A DNA stretch of 64,000 nt from Candidatus Giovannonibacteria bacterium (GCA_016432405.1 CP066687.1:283040-347039), one strand, 5' to 3'. Positions 29,179 to 39,280 are shown, counted from the first letter of the stretch. Notes: generated by a model not told the origin, from the sequence alone. Numbers and translations: made by a program.

Positions 29179-29192
29179 AACGGTCCTAAGGT

Positions 29193-29691
29193 GGAATGCC
29201 TGCCTTAGTAAAATTCTGCTGTATCGGTGAACACCCGCCAACATCTGCGAAGTTGTGGCGGGCAATACCGAGGGAAGTGCGAATACTGATTTTTGGAAAA
29301 AATAAAAAAAGGAAAAAGGGTCAACTTTTTGACCCCTTAAAAACCCTGCGAAAATCTTCGATAAACTTTATTACGGCGTAAATCAGAACTGCTGCCACTC
29401 CTACAGACAATAAGCTAGCCACGATATATAGCGAAGTTTGCATGGCTTGTCCCTCCTCTGTCTTAAAGTTATCATATATTGTTTATTATGTCAAGTACCC
29501 AAATTTGACTCCAAAAATCAGTATTCGTACCCCGTAGAGACTATACGCAGAAGTCGCCTCAGGCGACAAGATATAGTCCGACCTCCGTGGCAACACGGAG
29601 AGCTAACCAGAAATGAGTTAGCCCGTAATGTTTTGGTCAATTGCCAAATGTTAATTGTCAATTGTCCAATTGTTACGCAGTAACAATTGTG
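29193..29691 (+). mobile_element. Group I intron at the E. coli 23S position-1931 equivalent
   Basis: Splits CTAAGGT|AGCGCAATTCC; P1 CTAAGGT/GCCTTAG; R element TAGAGACTA, S element AAGATATAGTCC; terminal G at 29691. Confidence 0.92.
29321..29443 (-). CDS. 40-aa single-TM peptide encoded antisense within the intron
   Basis: MQTSLYIVASLLSVGVAAVLIYAVIKFIEDFRRVFKGSKS, with TTGACA-N17-TAACTT, SD GAGGAGG and a terminator. Confidence 0.7.
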   Translation of the reverse strand: MQTSLYIVASLLSVGVAAVLIYAVIKFIEDFRRVFKGSKS

Positions 29692-30497
29692 AGCGCAATT
29701 CCTTGTCAGGTGAGTTCTGACGCGCACGAAAGGCGTAACGACTGGGGGACTGTCTCGGGGATTTGCTCGGTGAAAATGCGATACCGGTGAAGATGCCGGT
29801 TAGGTGTAGTTAGACGAAAAGACCCCGGAAGCTTTACTGCAAGTTGTTATTGGCTTTACGTTTTTACTACGTAGCGTAGTGGGGAGCCGTTGAAATCCCG
29901 CTTTTGGGCGGGACGGAGGCGCCAATGAAACACCCATTTTTAAAAATGTAAAATCTAACTCCGACGGCAAAAACGTCGGAGGACAGTAGCTGCTGGGCAG
30001 TTTGTGTGGGGCGCAATCCTCCTAAAAAGTAACGGAGGAGTTTATTAAGGTCGGCTTAGCGCGGATGGACATCGCGCCGGACCTGTAAGAGGAAAAGCCG
30101 GCTTAACTGCGAGGGGGGCATCCCGAGCAGGTGGGAAACCAGAATCTAGTGAACCGACCGTTGGCACTCGATGCCGCGGAAGATTAACGGATAAAAGCTA
30201 CTCCGGGGATAACAGGCTAGTTCCGTCCAAGCGTCCATAGCGACGACGGAGTTCGGCACCTCGATGTCGGCTCATCTTATCCTGGGGGTGGAGAAGCTCC
30301 CAAGGGTTTGGCTGTTCGCCAATTAAAAAGGTACGTGAGCTGGGTTCAGACCGTCGTGAGACAGGTTGGACTCCTATCTACTACACCCGTTGATTCTTGA
30401 GGGGGGTTCTTCCTAGTACGAGAGGACCGGAAGGAGGCGACCTCTGGTTTGCCTGCTCTGCCGCCAGGCGGAACGCAGGGTGGCTAAGTCGCTAAGT

Positions 30498-30528
<31 letters not shown>

Positions 30529-30700
30529 ACGCCCCAAGATTAGGAATTATTGATTCCTCGAAGACTACGAGGTTGATAGGCTCTAGGTGTAAGGACCGCA
30601 AGGCCTTAAGCCGAGGAGTACTAATAGATCAAACAACCTGATAAGATTTATCCGTCTTGTTAGGAAACGCGCTTATAAATTACAAAAATAAATTGAATCT

Positions 30701-30816
30701 TTTCATTCGGCGGCTTGAGGCGGCGGAACTACCTCTTCCCATTCCGAACAGAGAAGTAAAACGCCGTACTGCCGATGATACTCCTTTGGGGGAAAGTAGG
30801 CAGCCGCCGGTTGAAA
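30701..30816 (+). rRNA. rrf: 5S rRNA
   Basis: CCCATTCCGAAACA-type core (CCCATTCCGAACAGAGAAGTAAAAC), GCCGATGATACT and AGTAGG; terminal stem CGGCGGC/GCCGCCG. Confidence 0.92.
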
Positions 30817-30820
30817 GGGT

Positions 30821-31735
30821 TTAATTTTGTCTGAAAAAATTCGCAAGGCCCCTGTGGGTCGCCTCGGCCAATTCGCGCAGCACAAAAGGCCTCAATTCCT
30901 TGTTTAAAAATTTTGATTCGTAAATATATCCGTATTCTATCAATATTGAAACGCCATCTCTGGAAGCGTTTGAGCCGACGGCGATAAGCTGCTGGTCTTC
31001 TATCAGAATCTCTTTTTCTTTCGGGAAATTGCTTCCGTCGGCGATTTTATCAAGTTCCTCTTTTATATATTTGGCCACTTCCATGCTTGCTTTGCCGTTG
31101 GGGAACTGGTCGTCCGGCACGTATATCGCGAACCCCGCGTATTTCCCGGGCATATCGTATTTTCTCCCCGGGTAATCGTTAAGATGTATGTGGAGCACGA
31201 TATCCGCGCCGTTGTCGTTCGCCCATTTGTTTATGCCGTAGAGAATCTGCGAGGTATTGTCCGCGGCAGGGTTATGATATACTTTTGTTTCTTTTTTGAC
31301 CGCGCCGATTTTAACGGCATTTTTAAAAACGGCTTTTACCTTTTCTTTAAACGCGGCGATAGCCGTGTTTTGGGTTTTTATGTAATCCAAAATCCAGTCG
31401 TTGTGCTCGCCCGTGATTTTATTTGTGATAAAAACGGAAAACTTTCCGTCTCTTCGCAAAGAATCAAACAGATAATTTCCCAGCTCGGCGTTGATGCTTG
31501 CTTCCGTAGTCCCGCGGTATTGCGTTCCGTAATTTTCTTTGTCATGCCCGGGGACTATTAAAATTTTTATGTCGCCGCTTTTATATTTTTCCAGGAGCTC
31601 TTCGGCGCGCACTTCTTTTCCGAAAAATATTCCCGCGAGATAATAAGCCGCCGTGCCCACGTAGGCGATGTTTAGATAATAAGAAACCATAAGCATCAAA
31701 ATGGCCGCGATCGTCAGTTTTATGCGCCTTGGCAT
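30821..31735 (-). CDS. N-acetylmuramoyl-L-alanine amidase (Amidase_3)
   Basis: ILIVPGHD, EASINAE, LHIHLND and ILIEYGYI zinc/catalytic motifs; N-terminal TM. Confidence 0.85.
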   Translation of the reverse strand: MPRRIKLTIAAILMLMVSYYLNIAYVGTAAYYLAGIFFGKEVRAEELLEKYKSGDIKILIVPGHDKENYGTQYRGTTEASINAELGNYLFDSLRRDGKFSVFITNKITGEHNDWILDYIKTQNTAIAAFKEKVKAVFKNAVKIGAVKKETKVYHNPAADNTSQILYGINKWANDNGADIVLHIHLNDYPGRKYDMPGKYAGFAIYVPDDQFPNGKASMEVAKYIKEELDKIADGSNFPKEKEILIEDQQLIAVGSNASRDGVSILIEYGYIYESKFLNKELRPFVLRELAEATHRGLANFFRQN

Positions 31736-32155
31736 TGTTTAATTATAGCAGGTTCTGTATGTTGACGCGGCTGGCCTGTTTGCTATAATGGTTACGCAGA
31801 CGCTAAAACCCCCTAAGCGCTGCCGGCTGTGGTGCCGTTGTTCGGAAATGGGGGAGGCGTGAACAGGCGAAGGGGGCGCTTTTTCTCCGAAGCGAGGTGC
31901 GGTCCAGGCTATAACGGCCGCTACGCGCCCCTTCGCCACCCATATTTGTTCTTTCTGAATTTTTAAATAAATATGCTATAATGCAGTTCTTAAGCCCTTG
32001 TCAACTGGCAAGGGTGTTTTTTATTTTTTGCCGATTTTTACCGGTACTATACACTCTTGACCGACCGGCCTTGAGTGTTTAGTTATGATTATAAATAAAA
32101 AAGACCCCCCGGGATTGCCCAGAGGGTCTTGGGGGTCGGAGCTGGCACGCGGCTT

Positions 32156-32332
32156 TTACCAAGAAGGCAGGAATGAGAGGACGCTCTTGGCGAGGCCGGA
32201 GAGGCGCTGGCCGAACCTCATGCTCGGGCTGCGCTTCCGTTTGGTCTCTTGCCTATGTTTTTCCTCTCGCCTTTCCCTTTTCACTTTTCTTTTTTCGCGC
32301 CTCATCCGGCGCGCTTCTGCGATGTTCTTCAT
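32156..32332 (-). CDS. Small highly basic protein (58 aa)
   Basis: SD AAGGAG, TTGACA...TATAAT promoter and a downstream hairpin; K/R/E-rich helix with an amphipathic tail. Confidence 0.55.
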   Translation of the reverse strand: MKNIAEARRMRREKRKVKRERREEKHRQETKRKRSPSMRFGQRLSGLAKSVLSFLPSW

Positions 32333-32457
32333 ATTTTTCCGCTCCTTTCGTGGTATTTTTATTTTGTGTCTATTTCTTATTATACTCTTTATAATTATCT
32401 TGTCAAGTAATAAGTAGGGCAATTTTTTATTTTCAAAAATTATAATATACTTAACCT

Positions 32458-33222
32458 ATGCCTATTTTTTCGTGGGGAGTGAGAAGGCAACTAGGGGTTT
32501 TCGCGGTTTTTGCGGCCGTGGTTGTTTTAATCGTTGGTGGGCTGATTTATTTTTTCCGGCCGGAGCCGACCTGTTTTGACAATAAGCAGAATCAGGACGA
32601 AGAAGGGGTTGATTGCGGAGGGGCCGAGGCGCGCTGCGCGCCGTGCTCGGAGAAAATACATGACATCGCCATTTTATGGACTAGATTTTTTCCCATCCGC
32701 GAGGGGGTTTACGACGCAGCAGCTTTGCTGGAAAACGGCAACCAATTTTTAAAGACGAAAAAATTCGTCTATGCGATAAAGCTTTACGACGCCAACAATG
32801 TTCTTGTCTCAATCCGCGAGGGGGCGACATTCATACAGCCAGGAGAAAAATTTTTGGTTTTTGAGCCGAACATCGTCGCCCAAAACCGCTTTCCCAAGAC
32901 CGCCGTACTTGAGATGAGAAGCGTGTCTTGGGAAGCCGGAGAGCCGGAGCCCTTAAAAATAGACGTTTTACGGAGAGACATTTTTCTTGCCGACGTGTCT
33001 TCGCCGCGGCTTGAAGTAAAGGTTAAAAACCAATCAACGAGCGTTTACCGCAATATAGAAGCGGCCGCCCTGCTTTTGGGGAGCGGAGACGTTGTTTTGG
33101 GTGTTTCCAAAACCAAAATAGACCGCTTGGATATCGGCGAGGAACGCGCGGCGGTATTTACCTGGCCGATGGCGATAAGCGGAGTGGAGAGAGCCGATGT
33201 TTTTTTGAGGCAAATCCCATGA
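32458..33222 (+). CDS. Membrane-anchored hypothetical protein with a Cys motif and Ig-like (FxLYD-like) domains
   Basis: TM segment, TCFDNKQNQDEEGVDCGG and IKLYDANN. Confidence 0.7.
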   Translation: MPIFSWGVRRQLGVFAVFAAVVVLIVGGLIYFFRPEPTCFDNKQNQDEEGVDCGGAEARCAPCSEKIHDIAILWTRFFPIREGVYDAAALLENGNQFLKTKKFVYAIKLYDANNVLVSIREGATFIQPGEKFLVFEPNIVAQNRFPKTAVLEMRSVSWEAGEPEPLKIDVLRRDIFLADVSSPRLEVKVKNQSTSVYRNIEAAALLLGSGDVVLGVSKTKIDRLDIGEERAAVFTWPMAISGVERADVFLRQIP

Positions 33223-34373
33223 TGCGGGCGCTTCGGATGCTTGGCGGCGTTGACTGGGTTTTAATTTTAAGCGTGTTCGCGCTTGTTGTTTTGGGGCTTG
33301 CTACAATGAAATTTTTCGGCCCCCCCGCCGGCGCCGCGGAAGATTATTTTTTCAGCCGGCAACTGGTCTGGGTTTTGGCCGGGGTTACCGTGTTTTTGAT
33401 TTCTGTCCTTGCCGATTGGAGTTTTCTTAAAACTAACAGCATTTTTTTGCTTATTTTATATTTTATTTTGGTTGCCGCGCTTTTATTTTTAATTTTTTAC
33501 GGCAAATCTGTGCGCGGCGCTTCCAGCTGGTTTCAAATAAAAGGATTAAGTATTGAGCCGGTTGAGCTTATAAAGCCGGCGCTGGTTTTGGTGTTGGCGA
33601 AATATTTCTCCAAGCGCCATATTGAGATAGCGCGCTTCGCGCGCCTGGCCGTGTCTTTTATTTACGTCGCAATTCCTGCGGTTTTGGTTGCCACACAGCC
33701 GGATATGGGCTCGGCAATCGTTCTTGTGGCGATCTGGCTTGGCATGGCTTTGGCCGGAGGAATAAAAATGCGGCAGCTTTTTTTTCTTTTGCTCTCCGGC
33801 GCGGTTTTGGGCTTGATTCTTTGGAGCTTCGTTTTGCTCCCGTACCAAAAAACAAGGATAATTTCATTTTTTGACCCCGCGCGCGACGCGCGGGGAGCCG
33901 GATACCACGCGCTTCAATCGGTCATCGCCATAGGGTCGGGCGGGCTCTTTGGCAAAGGCGTTGGATACGGCACGCAGTCCAGATTGGAATTTTTGCCGGA
34001 GCATGAGACGGATTTTATTTTCGCGGCTTTCGCGGAGGAATGGGGTTTTGTAGGCGTTTTATTTTTGCTCTTTTTTTTGGGCGTGGCGCTTTGGCGGATA
34101 CTGCTCCGGGGCATTTACGGAGAATCAAATTTTGAAAAGCTCTACGCGGCGGGGCTCGCTATTTTTATATTTTTCCAGTCGGCAATACATATCGGCATGA
34201 ATTCCGGACTTTTGCCGATAACCGGCTTGGGAATGCCGTTTCTTTCTTACGGCGGGTCAAGCTTAGTGAGCTTGTTTTGGGCATTGGGGATTTTGGAAAG
34301 CTTTTCCATCCGCAAACGCGGCATCTTTTTGGGCTCCGAAGGTCGCTTCAGCGAGGGCATTTTAGGGGCTTGA
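33219..34373 (+). CDS. rodA: SEDS family protein RodA
   Basis: GASSWF, QPDMGS, QSVIAIGSGG, LPEHETDFIF and PITGLGMPFLSYGGSS. Confidence 0.9.
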   Translation: MMRALRMLGGVDWVLILSVFALVVLGLATMKFFGPPAGAAEDYFFSRQLVWVLAGVTVFLISVLADWSFLKTNSIFLLILYFILVAALLFLIFYGKSVRGASSWFQIKGLSIEPVELIKPALVLVLAKYFSKRHIEIARFARLAVSFIYVAIPAVLVATQPDMGSAIVLVAIWLGMALAGGIKMRQLFFLLLSGAVLGLILWSFVLLPYQKTRIISFFDPARDARGAGYHALQSVIAIGSGGLFGKGVGYGTQSRLEFLPEHETDFIFAAFAEEWGFVGVLFLLFFLGVALWRILLRGIYGESNFEKLYAAGLAIFIFFQSAIHIGMNSGLLPITGLGMPFLSYGGSSLVSLFWALGILESFSIRKRGIFLGSEGRFSEGILGA

Positions 34374-34641
34374 ATTTTTAGTTATTCCCCGTACATCGTT
34401 TTCTTCCGATCGTGAGAAAACAGTGTATGGCAAGAAAGGGTTTTGTGGCAGGGGAACCACTATGATATATCATAGTAGTTGTGCGGTGGCTGTGTGATAG
34501 TTGCGTGGTGGCTACATATACGACACTTTTGAACGATCGTAAGAAAGTGTCGCCTAACAAATCTGGCAAAAACAGAGCTATTGATTGTTGGGTAGGTTGT
34601 ATTATTATTTAAAGCATTAGCTTGTAGTACTTAATCCAATT

Positions 34642-34950
34642 ATGGAATCATTTATACTTTTATCAGTTGTTGCTGGAATTGTAATCGTTCCTTTGCTGTT
34701 GCTTTATTTTGCTAGTAGGTATGATTGGCGTTTTAGAAAACTTAATAATAAGAACTTGGAGAAACGACGCAGAAAGGATCGGGAAAGTTAGAGATTATTT
34801 GGATATATTTTAATACTTTCTGTTTTGGGTATCTCTATCGCTCCCAGTTCATCATTAGCAGATACTCCTCTGTGGGTACGCGGCATTGTTTTCATATTCG
34901 GCGTCGCAATAATTTATGTTTCTTATGAAAAATCAAAAAATAACACATAG
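34642..34950 (+). pseudogene. Low-GC 3-TM membrane protein with an in-frame TAG at 34789
   Basis: MESFILLSVVAGIVIVPLLLLYF...RES*RLFGYILILSVLGI...GIVFIFGVAIIYV...NNT*. Confidence 0.6.
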
Positions 34951-35206
34951 CTTTATGTTTTATGCCTCAAGCTTTAGTCGCTAAGGGCAAATTGGAAAGT
35001 TTGGGTTCAATTATCAATTATTTGCTCATATTTGCAATTTGCTTGCTATAGCGTGAAGATTGCAAATTCAAAAATGGTTTATACTTCAGCGATCGCAAAA
35101 GAATGAACCTAAGCAAAAAAGATATACTGGCGCGCGGCTAAAGAGAATTTTATAGAAGCTCTTGACACGATTTGGGGCTATTTGCTAGTATATTTTTATA
35201 CCACTT

Positions 35207-36241
35207 ATGAAATATCAGCTGCCAGTTCATCCGGAGGAAGCCACTAAAAAGCTTTTCGGCGTGTTGCCCAAAAGGACAAAGGACGTTTTGGAGCGGCGTT
35301 TTGGTTTGGGCAAAAATCCGGAACGGCTGACGCTTGAAGCCATAGGCCAAAAATACGGCATTACGCGCGAGCGGGTGCGCCAGATTGAGGCCGATGGGCT
35401 TGGCAGGATAAGGAAATCTCCCACTATGGCGGAGCTTAAGGGCGTTTTTGAGGGGCTGGAGGCGTATTTTAGCCAAGAGGGGCGGGTGCTTAAAGAGGGC
35501 GCCGTTTTAGAGGCGTTGGCTCCCCACCCCAGACACGCAAATCATGTTTACTTTCTGCTTTCTTTGCATAACCCGATGGTGCGGCTCCACGAATCCGACG
35601 AGCTCCACGACCGCTGGGCTTTGGGGGCGGAGGCGGACGCGGACGCGCGCAAATCTTTAGACGGCGCAATTGACGCGTTGAGAAAATCGGGCAAGCCGGT
35701 TCAGGAAAACGAACTTTTTGAGATTTTGTCGGCTTCAGCGAAAAACGTTTTGGGCGACGCGCCTCCCGGCGCGGTTTTGGGCAATTGGCTCGGGCTTTCC
35801 AAACTTATTTCTAAAAATTATTTCGGGGAATGGGGGCTTGTTGAATTTCCTGAAATCAAACCGCGCGGAGTCCGGGACCTTTCCCATATGGTGCTTTCCA
35901 GGCTCCAGAAGCCCCTTCATTTTTCCGCGGTGGCGGACGAAATAGGGAAGCTGGTTGGCAAAAAAGCGCACACGCAGACCGTCCACAATGAGCTTATAAA
36001 AGACGAAAGGTTCGTCTTGGTAGGGCGCGGACTTTACGCTTTAAAAACGTGGGGATACTCCCCCGGCGTTGTCAGGGATGTGATTTGCGATTTGCTTAAG
36101 AAAAACGGGCCTATGGCCAAAGAAAAAATAATTCCGGCCGTTTTGAAGCAGCGCTTCGTAAAACCAAACACGGTTTTCATCAATCTGGAGAACCGAAAAT
36201 ATTTCAAAAAATCTCCCGATGGTAAATATTCTCTTAAATGA
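35207..36241 (+). CDS. Protein with a sigma70 region-4 HTH and a HARE-HTH/RpoE(delta)-like domain
   Basis: RRFGL...TLEAIGQKYGITRERVRQIE; PLHF...HNELIKDERFVLVGRGLYAL. Confidence 0.8.
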   Translation: MKYQLPVHPEEATKKLFGVLPKRTKDVLERRFGLGKNPERLTLEAIGQKYGITRERVRQIEADGLGRIRKSPTMAELKGVFEGLEAYFSQEGRVLKEGAVLEALAPHPRHANHVYFLLSLHNPMVRLHESDELHDRWALGAEADADARKSLDGAIDALRKSGKPVQENELFEILSASAKNVLGDAPPGAVLGNWLGLSKLISKNYFGEWGLVEFPEIKPRGVRDLSHMVLSRLQKPLHFSAVADEIGKLVGKKAHTQTVHNELIKDERFVLVGRGLYALKTWGYSPGVVRDVICDLLKKNGPMAKEKIIPAVLKQRFVKPNTVFINLENRKYFKKSPDGKYSLK

Positions 36242-37505
36242 CCCTATCGTAAGGGAGGCCGTCTATTGGCTCGGCGCAAGCTGGTTTTTCTGGGTACCCG
36301 CGGTGCTCATTTTTATTTTTTGGGAATCCTGGGTGAGATATGTGCGGGCTTACGCCATCGCAAGGAGAAAATTCATCGTGCTGGAAATTAAAATCCCCAG
36401 AGAAGTCGCCAAAAGCCCTCAAGCGATGGAAAGCATTTTCGCCGGCATTCACGGCACGGCGCGAAGAGGCAATTTAATTGAACGTTACTGGAACGGCTGG
36501 ATAACCGCATGGTTTTCTCTGGAAATCGTGGGAGACGGCGGCGAAATTCATTTTTACATCTGGACTCACGATTTTTTTAAGAGGATGATAGAGGCGCAAA
36601 TTTTTGCCCAATATCCTTCCTGCGAAATCAAGGTGGTTGATGATTACGTCAAAGACATGCCCGCCGCCCTGCCGAATCGGGACTGGAGCATTTGGGGCAG
36701 CGAATATGTCCACACCAAGCCGGACGCGTATCCTATTCGCACTTACGAGGATTTTGCCCTGGAAGACATCAGCGCCAAAGAAGAAGAGAGGAAAATTGAC
36801 CCGCTTTCATCTTTGTTTGAGTTTCTGGGAAATTTGCGCCCGGGCGAAAAAATTTGGATTCAAATGTTGGTCCGCCCCGCCATGAGCGACCGCTGGAAAA
36901 GAGAAGGCGAGGCACTGGTGGCGAAGATGGCGGGCAAAGCCGCGCCTCCGAAGGTTGGTTTTCTGACTTGGATTGTGGATATTGTCCACGGCGCGTTGAT
37001 GGCGGCTGTGGCGCCGCCGGCGAAAAAGCCAATGAAGAAAGAAGCAGACCAGTTCAGGATTTTAAATCTTTCTCCCGGCGAGCGCGCGACCATGGAAGCA
37101 ATAGAGCGGAATATTTCCAAAATCGGGTTTGAAACCGTGGTCCGTTGGATTTATCTGGCTCGTCCGGACGTTTATAATTTTTTGGCCGTTCCGGCAATTA
37201 ACGGCATCTTTAGGCAGTTTAATTCTCAGTCATTAAACGGTTTTGCCGGAAATGGAAAAGTTGTCACCAGCGTTGATTATTGGTTTGTGGAAACGCGCAA
37301 CATGCTTAGAAAAATCAGGTTGTATAAATCTTACCGTTTTCGCTCGGCGTTTCACCCGCCGTACAACGGCAGAAGCAGGCCGATTGTTTTATCAAGCTCG
37401 GAGCTTGCGACAATTTATCATTTCCCGGGAATGGTGGTAAGCACTGCGGCGGTTCCCCGCACTGAAGCCAAAAAAGGAGCCCCGCCTCCCAATTTGCCGA
37501 TTTAG
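36219..37505 (+). CDS. Membrane-anchored partner of the VirD4/TrwB-like ATPase
   Basis: LEIKIPRE..KSP.AME, FSLEI, YPIRTY and EELATIYHFP-like motifs; adjacent to the ATPase gene. Confidence 0.7.
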   Translation: MVNILLNDPIVREAVYWLGASWFFWVPAVLIFIFWESWVRYVRAYAIARRKFIVLEIKIPREVAKSPQAMESIFAGIHGTARRGNLIERYWNGWITAWFSLEIVGDGGEIHFYIWTHDFFKRMIEAQIFAQYPSCEIKVVDDYVKDMPAALPNRDWSIWGSEYVHTKPDAYPIRTYEDFALEDISAKEEERKIDPLSSLFEFLGNLRPGEKIWIQMLVRPAMSDRWKREGEALVAKMAGKAAPPKVGFLTWIVDIVHGALMAAVAPPAKKPMKKEADQFRILNLSPGERATMEAIERNISKIGFETVVRWIYLARPDVYNFLAVPAINGIFRQFNSQSLNGFAGNGKVVTSVDYWFVETRNMLRKIRLYKSYRFRSAFHPPYNGRSRPIVLSSSELATIYHFPGMVVSTAAVPRTEAKKGAPPPNLPI

Positions 37506-37522
37506 GATATAATTAATAAATA

Positions 37523-39241
37523 GTGAACGACGAGCAGAAAGCCACGTATTTTGGGGAAACGAACTTCAGGAATCAGCTGAAGCGCTTTGGCATTAAAAAA
37601 ACCGACCGCCGGAAGCATATGTACATCATCGGCAAAACCGGCATGGGCAAAACCACGCTTCTGGAAAATATGGCCGTGCAGGACATTCAAAACGGCGAGG
37701 GGATGGCTTTTATAGACCCGCACGGAGATACCGCCGAACGGCTTTTGGATTTTGTGCCCAAAGAAAGAATTAACGATGTGATTTATTTTAATCCCTACGA
37801 TACTGCTTATCCAATCGGTTTCAACGTAATGGAAAACGTGGACCCGGAGCGAAGGCACTTGGTGTCCGACGGGCTTATGGGGGTTTTTAAAAAAATCTGG
37901 TCTGATGTCTGGTCTTCGCGCATGGAATATATTTTGGCAAACGCGATTTTGGCGCTTTTGGAATATCCCGAAGCCACGATTTTGGGGATAAACCAGATAC
38001 TGATAAACAAGGATTTTAGAAAAAAGGCGGTTGAGCACATAACCGACCCAGTAGTGAAGTCATTTTGGACGCAGGAATTTGCCAAATACACCGACCGTTA
38101 CGCCGCCGAAGCCACCCCGGCTATTCAGAACAAAGTCGGGCAGTTTGTTTCCAACCCTTTAATCAGAAACATCATCGGCCAGCCCAAATCCGCTTTTGAC
38201 ATAAGGCGCGCGATGGACGAAAAGAAAATTATTATCATCAACCTCTCCAAGGGAAAGGTGGGCGAGGATAATTCGCGGCTCATTGGCGCGATGCTGGTGA
38301 CAAAGCTTTACCTCGCCGCGATGAGCCGGGTGGATACCCCGGAGCCGGAACGCGCAGACTTCTTTTTATACGTAGATGAATTTCAAAATTTCGCTTCCGA
38401 GTCCTTCGCCAATATTTTGTCCGAGGCGCGAAAATACCGCCTGTCTTTGATTTTGACGCATCAATATGTCGCGCAGATGGATGAAAAAGTCAGGGACGCC
38501 GTTTTCGGGAACGTCGGAACAATAGCGACTTTCCGCGTTGGGGCGGAAGACGCCGAGATGCTGGAAAAAGAATTTTCACCTGAATTTTCCGCGCAGGACA
38601 TTGTAAATCTTGGATTCGCCCATATTTATTTGAAGCTTATGATAGACGGCGTCGCCTCGCGTCCGTTTTCGGCAATGACCCTCCCGCCGATACAAAAACA
38701 AGCCGAGTCCTTTAAGGAGCAGATTATAGAAGCGTCCAGAAAAAGTTACGGCGGCGTGAGAGAAGCGGTGGAGGAAAAAGTTAACAAGTGGATGGAGGAA
38801 ATCGGCGCGATGGAAACGGGCGCGGCCTCGGCCAGGGGGCGGCTGGCGAGAGAGCCGGTTGCTCCTCTGAAGCAGCCCACATCGCCGCTTTACGACGCAA
38901 TCTGCGCCGTTTGCGGAAAAAGGACGCAAGTTCCTTTTCCGCCAGACCCCACGCGCCCGGTATTTTGCAAAGAGCATATCGGGATGGCCGGAAGATTTAA
39001 AGAGTTGATGCGGCCGCGCCAGGCGCCTCCCAGACCAGCGAGAGGAGAATTTGTGGCAAAACAGCCATCTTTGCGCCCGCACACGGAACAGCCATTTAGA
39101 AAGCCGGAGAATCTCCAGGCCTTGCGCGAGGCGCTGAAAAAATCGTTAGACGCGCAAAAAAATAAGCCGGAACCGGAACCGGCGCCCAAAAATGAATCCG
39201 GCTCCGGAACTTTAAAGCCCGGAGAGAGGATTGAGTTATAG
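37523..39241 (+). CDS. VirD4/TrwB/HerA-like ATPase with a C-terminal CxxC-x17-CxxH domain
   Basis: GKTGMGKT, IDPHGD, YVDEFQNF, SEARKY and CAVCG...PVFCKEH. Confidence 0.88.
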   Translation: MNDEQKATYFGETNFRNQLKRFGIKKTDRRKHMYIIGKTGMGKTTLLENMAVQDIQNGEGMAFIDPHGDTAERLLDFVPKERINDVIYFNPYDTAYPIGFNVMENVDPERRHLVSDGLMGVFKKIWSDVWSSRMEYILANAILALLEYPEATILGINQILINKDFRKKAVEHITDPVVKSFWTQEFAKYTDRYAAEATPAIQNKVGQFVSNPLIRNIIGQPKSAFDIRRAMDEKKIIIINLSKGKVGEDNSRLIGAMLVTKLYLAAMSRVDTPEPERADFFLYVDEFQNFASESFANILSEARKYRLSLILTHQYVAQMDEKVRDAVFGNVGTIATFRVGAEDAEMLEKEFSPEFSAQDIVNLGFAHIYLKLMIDGVASRPFSAMTLPPIQKQAESFKEQIIEASRKSYGGVREAVEEKVNKWMEEIGAMETGAASARGRLAREPVAPLKQPTSPLYDAICAVCGKRTQVPFPPDPTRPVFCKEHIGMAGRFKELMRPRQAPPRPARGEFVAKQPSLRPHTEQPFRKPENLQALREALKKSLDAQKNKPEPEPAPKNESGSGTLKPGERIEL

Positions 39242-39280
39242 TTTGACTTAACAAAATAAACCGATCGGACAAGTTTGTTA

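Noticed and set aside
31974-32030. TGCTATAAT plus a short hairpin as a riboswitch
   Set aside because: No recognisable aptamer and no downstream sense gene; it may simply be a terminator.
34789-34791. Stop-codon reassignment
   Set aside because: TAG, TGA and TAA all terminate clear genes here (e.g. gatB TAG, hpf TGA), so a single nonsense change is simpler.
36219-39241. VirD4/TrwB-like ATPase as a conjugative element
   Set aside because: No relaxase, VirB genes, integrase or att sites; composition is host-like and such pairs are common in Patescibacteria chromosomes.
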